A stretch of DNA of 64,000 bases. Source: an uncultured Phycisphaerales bacterium (lineage in GTDB: Bacteria > Planctomycetota > Phycisphaerae > Phycisphaerales > SM1A02). The stretch spans positions 76,176 to 140,175 of the forward strand of contig CALKEP010000022.1 of NCBI GenBank assembly GCA_938084645.1. Direction: 5' to 3'. The translations under genes and the position numbers were made by a program. Positions 57,659 through 64,000 of this stretch are shown here, piece by piece. Numbering within the stretch: position 1 is the first letter of the stretch; each line of letters opens with the position of its first letter. The notes beneath the pieces are model-generated. The model searched no databases, was not told the origin of the DNA, and was given only the letters and a program-made list of their open reading frames with translations.

Positions 57659-58156
57659 ATGAAGGTCATCCGCTTCCTGATCGCACCCGTGGCCGGCATC
57701 GTGGCCTTCATGTTCGGGGTCATGGCCCTTGAGGCGGTCGGTCACGCGATCTATCCGCCTCCGGCCGAGATCGAGGCGCTCTCGAGGGCCATGGGTGATG
57801 CGATGGCCGCGGGGGACACGGAACGGTATCGGCAGGTCCAGGAGGAGATGACGCCGGTGCTTTCCGCGTGGCTCGTCGACGCCCCGGTCGGCGCGTTGCT
57901 CGCCGTGGTCCTCGCATGGATCGGTGGCGGGCTCATCGGAGCGCTCGTCGCCGCCGTGATCGCGCCGGCCGGCAAGCTCTGGTTCGCCCTGCTGGTGGGC
58001 GCCTTCGACGTGGTCGGAATCGTCATGGTGACGGCTCAGTTTTCGCATCCGACCTGGATGACCGTGCTCGGAATCGGAGGCACGATCTCGGCGACGGCTG
58101 GGGTCGGCTTCCTGCTGACGCGGGGACGGCCGCGGCCTCGACCCGACCCTGCATGA
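57659..58156 (+). CDS. Hypothetical membrane protein
   Basis: Four hydrophobic helices; GHAIYPPP and HPTW motifs; GGAG upstream. Confidence 0.75.
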   Translation: MKVIRFLIAPVAGIVAFMFGVMALEAVGHAIYPPPAEIEALSRAMGDAMAAGDTERYRQVQEEMTPVLSAWLVDAPVGALLAVVLAWIGGGLIGALVAAVIAPAGKLWFALLVGAFDVVGIVMVTAQFSHPTWMTVLGIGGTISATAGVGFLLTRGRPRPRPDPA

Positions 58157-58160
58157 AGAA

Positions 58161-58195
58161 CGACCCCTCGAAAGCGTGTCGCTTCCGAGGGGTCG
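58161..58195. terminator. Hairpin between convergent genes
   Basis: CGACCCCTCG-aAAGCG-tgt-CGCTTc-CGAGGGGTCG. Confidence 0.55.
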
Positions 58196-58220
58196 AAGTC
58201 CGCTGCTGTGGTGACGTCGT

Positions 58221-58634
58221 TCAGGCGGTGCTCGTCGGCGGCGACCACTTCGCGTCGCCGAAGCCGAGAATGAGCACGAAGATGAACGGAAGGAAGATCA
58301 ATCCGAGCGCGGTTCCCACGCCTCGGCCGAATCGTTCGGCGATGCCGAGAGACACGAGGATCATGTAGAGCAACCCGCCCACGATCGGAATGAGGATCAT
58401 GAAGGCCCACCACCAGGGCTTGCCGGCGACGACCGGAAGCACGAAGAGGTTGACGATCGGAATGAGGCCGAGGATTCCCGGGAGCCCCGCCTTCGCGACC
58501 ATCTTCCAGCACCCCACGCAGAAGATGACGAGGATCGCGAGGTAGAGAATCAGAAAAGCCGTGCCGGCGGCGGCGAGTTCCTCCGAAGGCATCGGGGGCA
58601 TTTCGGACACGGGAGTCGCTGAATCAGTCTGCAT
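58221..58634 (-). CDS. DUF5684-like membrane protein
   Basis: WKMVAKAG..G..LIPIVN, GKPWWW, FGRG, LGFGDAK. Confidence 0.8.
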   Translation of the reverse strand: MQTDSATPVSEMPPMPSEELAAAGTAFLILYLAILVIFCVGCWKMVAKAGLPGILGLIPIVNLFVLPVVAGKPWWWAFMILIPIVGGLLYMILVSLGIAERFGRGVGTALGLIFLPFIFVLILGFGDAKWSPPTSTA

Positions 58635-58903
58635 TTTTTATTCTCCAGATCGGTCGACGAAGAGGTGGCTTGCCTCCTTGAATATCGACCGTCGAGCTGT
58701 TTTGGTTCGATTTCAGCCAGATTCAATCGCCGCCAACCCCGATATCTGGCATCTTAGGGAACGTTCGAGGACATTCGGCTCCGGTGCACGTGTCGAAGAA
58801 CCGGCTCCGAGTTCACCTGCAGCAGGATTCCTTTCGTCTGAAGATCAGAAAACGAATGTCGGTTTCGTCGCATGAACGAAGCTGATCAATGGAAGTTCGC
58901 ACC

Positions 58904-61543
58904 ATGACCCACTCGGCCCACTCGCTTCTGAAGTCACTCGCCGCCTTCGCGTTGTTCGCTTCGCTCGGTGCAACCACGCATGGCGACTGCCCCGCGGATC
59001 TCGACGGGTCGGGCCAGGTCGGCGGAAGCGACATCGGACTCCTGCTCGCGCAGTGGGGGAAGGGGAGCGGGTCCGCCGACCTGAACGGTGACGGCCGCGT
59101 CGACGGCGCGGACATCGGGGCGATGCTCGGTGCCTGGGGCTGGTGCCCTTGTGAAGAGGACCTCGTGTTCGATCCGATCCACGACGGTTCCGAACCGCTC
59201 GAGCCCGAGATCGTCGAGTACACCTCCGACGCGATGATCACCCGGATCGCGGATCGCGCTCGGGACCGGCACGCCCGCGAGGACATCGTCAACGGGATTC
59301 CCTACCGCACCTACGATCACTGGCTTCCCTTCTACTGGGAGCAGCGGGTCGCCGAGATCGAGATCATCGATCGCGCCGCGATGGGGGGCGACGGACTCAC
59401 CTTCAACTTCACGACGCTCGATCGATTGAACCCCGCGGAGTTCCGAACCTTCTACGCGACCGGATTCGCGGGCTACCACAACAACATGTCCGACTTCCTG
59501 AACGCGGGCGTCACGCTGGTGTCGATCGAGCCGTCGGAGCGGTATCCCGGAGAGACCGAGTACCTCTACACGGCGGAGATCGAGAACAAGTGGCCGGAAC
59601 AGACGCCGCTCGCGATCGGGGATCGGATGGAGATCGAGCTCAGCCAGTTCCTCACCGCGCCGCGAAACGGCCGGCTGAACTATTACGGCACCGCGATCCT
59701 CTATGTCGTCGGCGAAGGAATCGTCCCCTGGTATGCGAAGGCGAAGGAGGAGGCCGAGACCCCGGCGGAACGCGAGGCGGCGTCCTTCGATTCCTTCCCG
59801 CTTCCCGAGGAGGCCTGGCTCGGCGGGCGAACCACGCTCCCGTACCAGTATTCCAACGAACCGGATGAACGCTTCAAGCAGATGGTCGGGAACATCTCCC
59901 ACGCCAGCGGTCACGCGTTCACCGTCGGTCGCCGTCTGCATCACACCGACTTCGGAACCGGCGTTCATTCCGAGGACGGCAACCCGATCTTCGCCGACCA
60001 CATCGGCAAGCTCGGGCCGCGATTCGTCAACACCAGTTGCGTGGCATGTCACATCGGAAATGGTCGAGCCCTGCCGCCTGCGGTCGGCGGTGCCTACAAC
60101 GAGGCCGTCATCCAGGTCGGCAGCGATGCGGATGGAACGCCGCACCCGATCCTCGGTGAGGTGCTCCAGCCCAGCACCGGTTCGACGCCGGGTGGCGGCG
60201 GCGGTGATGGCGGCGGTGGTGACGGGACGGCGATCATTCGGGTCGAGGCCGAGGACTACTCCGCCATGAGCGGGGTCCAGACCGAGACCTGCACCGACGA
60301 AGGCGGCGGATTGAACGTCGGTTACATCGACGCCGGCGACTGGATGGCCTACGTCGATCACCCGGTGATGATCCCGACGACCGGCACGTACCTCATCGAT
60401 TTTCGAGTGGCGAGCGTGCCCGGTGGCGGAACCCTTCGCTTCGAGGAGGTCGGCGGATCGCCGCTGTACGGAACCATCGACATCCCCGCGACCGGCGGAT
60501 GGCAGTCCTGGATCACCGTGACCCTCAGCGTGCAGCTGACCGCGGGTGAACATCGATTCGGCATCAGCGCCGCGTCCGGTGGTTGGAACCTCAACTGGTT
60601 CGAGGTCCTCGAGCCGGACGGCTTCCAGGGCGGTGGTGACGCCGACGACTCCGAGGGTTCGATGCTCCTCGCCGGATGGGACGAGATCCCGGGGACCTAT
60701 GGCGACGGTTCGGCGTACACGCTTCGCCGCCCCGTCTACGAATTCACCGGTCCAGTACCGGAGTTCTACTCGGTCCGTCTCGCGCCGCAGCTCGTGGGCG
60801 TGGGTCTGCTCGAGGCCATCGACGAAGCGACCCTGCTGGAACTGGCGGACGAGTGCGATCTCGACGAGGACGGAATCTCGGGTCGTCTCCGGACCGTGGA
60901 GAACCCGCTCGATCCATCACGAAGTCACGTCGGTCGTTTCGGGGGACGAGCCTCGACCGCGTCCGTGCGTGAGCAGATCGCGTATGCGATGAACCGCGAC
61001 ATGGGTGTGTCGAGCGAGGTCTTCCCCGTCCTGGACGGGGACGTCAAGCCGTCGCCGATCGAGATCGCGAACGAGGATCTCGACCTGATGGATCGCTACA
61101 CGTCGCTGCTCGGCATCGCGGCGCGACGAAACCTCCTCGATCCGGCCGCGATCGAAGGCGAGGCGCTCTTCGCCGCCGCGAACTGCACCGCGTGCCATGT
61201 GCCGACGATGGTGACCGGTTCCACCCATCCCTATGCGGAGCTTCGAAACCAGACGATCCATCCGTACACGGACATGCTGTTGCACGACATGGGACCCGGC
61301 CTGGCCGACAACATCGGCGACCACGGGGTCAGTGGTGCGGAATGGCGAACGCCTGCGTTGTGGAACATCGGTCTGACCGAAGGCGTCAGTGGTGGAGAGG
61401 CCTATCTCCACGACGGTCGCGCCGGCAGCCTCGAAGAGGCCATCCTCTGGCACGGTGGTGAAGCCGAGGCCTCCAAGGAGACCTTCCGGAACATGTCCGC
61501 GAGTGAACGGGCGGCGATCGTCGCGTTCCTGAAGTCGCTCTGA
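58904..61543 (+). CDS. Di-heme oxidoreductase (DUF1111-like) with an N-terminal dockerin-like pair and an inserted CBM6
   Basis: CPADLDGSGQV..DLNGDGRVDGAD; LGPRFVNTSCVACH; VEAEDY...NVGYIDAGDW...TGGWQSW...WNLNWF; CTACH, PYTDMLLHDMG, EWRTPALW, YLHDGRA. Confidence 0.9.
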   Translation: MTHSAHSLLKSLAAFALFASLGATTHGDCPADLDGSGQVGGSDIGLLLAQWGKGSGSADLNGDGRVDGADIGAMLGAWGWCPCEEDLVFDPIHDGSEPLEPEIVEYTSDAMITRIADRARDRHAREDIVNGIPYRTYDHWLPFYWEQRVAEIEIIDRAAMGGDGLTFNFTTLDRLNPAEFRTFYATGFAGYHNNMSDFLNAGVTLVSIEPSERYPGETEYLYTAEIENKWPEQTPLAIGDRMEIELSQFLTAPRNGRLNYYGTAILYVVGEGIVPWYAKAKEEAETPAEREAASFDSFPLPEEAWLGGRTTLPYQYSNEPDERFKQMVGNISHASGHAFTVGRRLHHTDFGTGVHSEDGNPIFADHIGKLGPRFVNTSCVACHIGNGRALPPAVGGAYNEAVIQVGSDADGTPHPILGEVLQPSTGSTPGGGGGDGGGGDGTAIIRVEAEDYSAMSGVQTETCTDEGGGLNVGYIDAGDWMAYVDHPVMIPTTGTYLIDFRVASVPGGGTLRFEEVGGSPLYGTIDIPATGGWQSWITVTLSVQLTAGEHRFGISAASGGWNLNWFEVLEPDGFQGGGDADDSEGSMLLAGWDEIPGTYGDGSAYTLRRPVYEFTGPVPEFYSVRLAPQLVGVGLLEAIDEATLLELADECDLDEDGISGRLRTVENPLDPSRSHVGRFGGRASTASVREQIAYAMNRDMGVSSEVFPVLDGDVKPSPIEIANEDLDLMDRYTSLLGIAARRNLLDPAAIEGEALFAAANCTACHVPTMVTGSTHPYAELRNQTIHPYTDMLLHDMGPGLADNIGDHGVSGAEWRTPALWNIGLTEGVSGGEAYLHDGRAGSLEEAILWHGGEAEASKETFRNMSASERAAIVAFLKSL

Positions 61544-61550
61544 ACCTGAA

Positions 61551-61582
61551 GCGTGGGGACGACGTGAATCGTCGTCGCACGC
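61551..61582. terminator. Hairpin between convergent genes
   Basis: GCGTG-gg-GACGACG-tgaat-CGTCGTC-g-CACGC. Confidence 0.5.
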
Positions 61583-61615
61583 GGGTGGCGTTGCGGGCGG
61601 TCGGCGTCGAATCGA

Positions 61616-62665
61616 TCAGGGGCAGTCGCAGAAGATGTTCGCGAGCTGCGCGCAGGTCTCGTCCCACTCGATCTCGCAGCACGACGGAATCGAGCCGCAG
61701 ATCGGGATCGCACAGTCGGCGTCGTCGCATCCCGGAGTCCCGTTTGCCTCGCAACAGGTGTTGCAGCCCGGAATTCTGGTGAAGTAGCACTCGCCGAGCA
61801 GGCAGGTGTCGGCAGTGCAGGGATCGCCGTCGTCGCATTCGACGTCGAAACAGGGATCGAGGTCGCAGTGGCCCCACGCGACGAGGAGCAGGCCGATGTC
61901 GGTCGCGTCGACGACGCCGTCGGCGTCGAGATCCCCGAGACACCCCGGGCCGTTCTTGCCGCACGAGCCCCACGCGGTGAGCAGCAGCCCGAGATCGCCG
62001 GAATCCACCACCGCATCGGCATTCAGGTCCCCGGCGCATGGCGCCGGGGGCAGTGCGCCGACGACGATCGGCGAGCCGCTGTCGTCGTACGCCCAGTTGG
62101 TGATTTCGAGTTCACCCCAGCCTGAACCATCGATCTGGATCCAGCCGAAGACCCGGGTACCGTCCTTCAGCGCGGTGAATCCGACGTGGAACCTCCGAGT
62201 CCGGAAGCAATCGTCGAACCCCGAAGAGTCCGCTTCGCCGCAGGCGATCAGCGTTCGATTCGAGAAGGAGCAGACCTGGGTCGATGCGAAACACCCTCGT
62301 GCCCCGGAGACGATCGCGCCGAGCTTGGTGATCGAGACCGACTCGAGTCCCGAGTCGCAGTTCAACTGAAGCCACTTCGAGCCGCGATAGGTCGTCTCGT
62401 AGATCTGGGAGTATTCCACGCACTGGCCGTCGACGAAGCTGCAGCAGGTCGTCCAGCCTTCGCCACCGTTGAACGAGGTGTAGCTCCATCGGCCGGCGCC
62501 GAGTTCGACCTGGAAGTCGTCGAGACTGAGCGTGACGCTCCCGCTCCAACCGATGCCGATGGGCGGTCCGTCGTAGACCTGGATGTCCGCGACCGCGGCC
62601 GGAGCCACGCCAGCCGTGGCCAGGTAGGTCAGAAGTCGGTGCTTTCGAATCGGGCCGTCGCGCAT
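61616..62665 (-). CDS. Secreted protein with a dockerin-like pair and a Cys-rich C-terminus
   Basis: CAGDLNADAVVDSGDLGLLLTAWG; CLGDLDADGVVDATDIGLLLVAWG; CDDGDPCTADTC; CC..GC..C..IC..CC..WD..C. Confidence 0.8.
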   Translation of the reverse strand: MRDGPIRKHRLLTYLATAGVAPAAVADIQVYDGPPIGIGWSGSVTLSLDDFQVELGAGRWSYTSFNGGEGWTTCCSFVDGQCVEYSQIYETTYRGSKWLQLNCDSGLESVSITKLGAIVSGARGCFASTQVCSFSNRTLIACGEADSSGFDDCFRTRRFHVGFTALKDGTRVFGWIQIDGSGWGELEITNWAYDDSGSPIVVGALPPAPCAGDLNADAVVDSGDLGLLLTAWGSCGKNGPGCLGDLDADGVVDATDIGLLLVAWGHCDLDPCFDVECDDGDPCTADTCLLGECYFTRIPGCNTCCEANGTPGCDDADCAIPICGSIPSCCEIEWDETCAQLANIFCDCP

Positions 62666-62802
62666 GTTCGGCAACCTCGTGCGGTGGGTCTCTCTGGCGA
62701 TCCCCGACCGACTCTACCCCACGATCCTCGCGGGTCGACGTCGGGATTCGAGATTTTGGAAGTCCCGGCACCGTCCGGGGTGCCCTGGTCCGCGATCACG
62801 GA

Positions 62803-64000
62803 TCAGGGGCAGGGCCCCCAGCCGACGACCAGCAGCCCGAGGTCGGCCGCGTCGACCAGGCCGTCTCCATTCAGGTCGCCCGGTCCGCTCGAGCCCCAGC
62901 CGACGAGGAGTCGGGCGAGATCCGCACCGTCCGTTCGACCATCTCCGTCGAGGTCCGACGGACAGCGCGTTCCGATTCGTTCGAGCTCTATTCGATCGAA
63001 GAGCACCAACGATTCCGGGTCACCGGCTCCACCGAGCTCGATCCTCAACTCACCACCGACGGCGTCGGGATGATCGTCCACGCGAATCTCGAGTTCGATC
63101 GGTTGCCAGATCGTGGGCCAGCCGTCGACGACGTGGAGCTCGCGAATGGCCATGCGGTCGACATCCAACCGAGGGTCCGGGCGTTGGTCGTATCCCAGGA
63201 GCAGTCGATCGCCGTCCTTCCAGACCGCGGGATGGCCTGGAACGGCCTGATCACCTTCGGCGGCGAGCAGCATCGACGCGCCGTAGCGATCGAGCGTTCG
63301 ATCGAAGGTCGTCCCGTTCACGCCATTCTTGTCGAGGTAGGGCCCGGTGGGCGAGGTCGATCGGGCCATTCGAATCGTGTAATCGCTCCCGAGGTTGCCG
63401 TAGGACGCGAAGGCGTACCACCAGCCGTCGTGCTTGAACAGCGCCGGGCCTTCCATGTAGCAGCTCGAGAACGCATCGCCGCACCATCCGGGGGGTTGCG
63501 CCGGGTCACCGCCGAGGGCGATGGATTCCGGCCACTTGAGAATCGGGACGTGGGTGCCGGCCGGGTGGGTGTCAATCTCGGGATCGGCGGGGTTGCCGAG
63601 GATGCGCCCGGTCAGGGGGTCGATCTCGGTCACGTGGATCACGTGCCCGCCCCAGGACATCCAGACCCGCCCCGTGTCCGGATCCTCGAAGAGGTGGGGG
63701 TCGATGACCCATGGAAACTCGGAAGGCGCGTGTTCGAGCACGACCTCGTAGTCGTCGGCCCAGGTGTAGTCCGGGGCCGATCCGGTCGGTCGTCGAAAGC
63801 CGATGATCGACTCGTAGGAGGGCCCGGCGTCGTCGTAGAAACAGTCGTAGATCGCGCGGAAGCCGTTCGACGTGCGAAGCGGCCCCAGCGCGTTGTCGAA
63901 GTCGTAGCCATCGCGTTCGGCTTCGAGCCAGGGATCGACGAGCGGATCGGCGGAGGTGGACTGGTACAAGGGGATGTCGCCGAAGTGCATGCGATATCCG
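62803..64000 (-). CDS. GH43 glycoside hydrolase with C-terminal dockerin-like pair (5' end outside window)
   Basis: IDPHLFED, WMSWG, MEGPALFKHDGWWYAFAS, RSTSPTGPY, PGH; CPSDLDGDGRTDGADL..WG; the frame stays open to the window edge. Confidence 0.88.
   Translation of the reverse strand, partial: GYRMHFGDIPLYQSTSADPLVDPWLEAERDGYDFDNALGPLRTSNGFRAIYDCFYDDAGPSYESIIGFRRPTGSAPDYTWADDYEVVLEHAPSEFPWVIDPHLFEDPDTGRVWMSWGGHVIHVTEIDPLTGRILGNPADPEIDTHPAGTHVPILKWPESIALGGDPAQPPGWCGDAFSSCYMEGPALFKHDGWWYAFASYGNLGSDYTIRMARSTSPTGPYLDKNGVNGTTFDRTLDRYGASMLLAAEGDQAVPGHPAVWKDGDRLLLGYDQRPDPRLDVDRMAIRELHVVDGWPTIWQPIELEIRVDDHPDAVGGELRIELGGAGDPESLVLFDRIELERIGTRCPSDLDGDGRTDGADLARLLVGWGSSGPGDLNGDGLVDAADLGLLVVGWGPCP

Noticed and set aside
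237..63437. Many long antisense or alternate-frame ORFs in the track (e.g. 41460-44090, 47336-49921, 6789-9059, 21816-24104)
   Set aside because: These are shadow ORFs expected in high-GC DNA opposite or overlapping recognisable genes; they are Arg/Pro-rich or mirror-coded and carry no motifs.

Overview
High-GC bacterial chromosome segment, most likely a planctomycete of the Phycisphaerales. This is inferred from dockerin-like Ca-binding proteins, a DUF1592/DUF1552 pair, a PVC-type heme protein and a prepilin-type H-X9-DG protein. It holds about 50 CDS, including housekeeping genes (rlmE 3' end, dapL, purE/purK, serC, xerC, rarD), tRNA-Lys(UUU), a SNF2/SWIM pair, an orphan DNA methyltransferase and many secreted hydrolases and cytochromes. 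No CRISPR array, IS element, prophage or rRNA was seen. Best leads: (1) an unannotated ~150-nt structured RNA with three UUCG-capped hairpins, lying divergent from three tandem paralogous TetR units (one single plus one double fusion); (2) a sigma54-driven, signal-peptide-less protein with four permuted dockerin-like repeats; (3) a cluster of dockerin-tagged secreted proteins, including a di-heme enzyme with a CBM6 inserted between its heme sites; (4) a recurrent leaderless-mRNA signature and a probable ATT start codon. All family names come from motif recognition by eye, not database searches.
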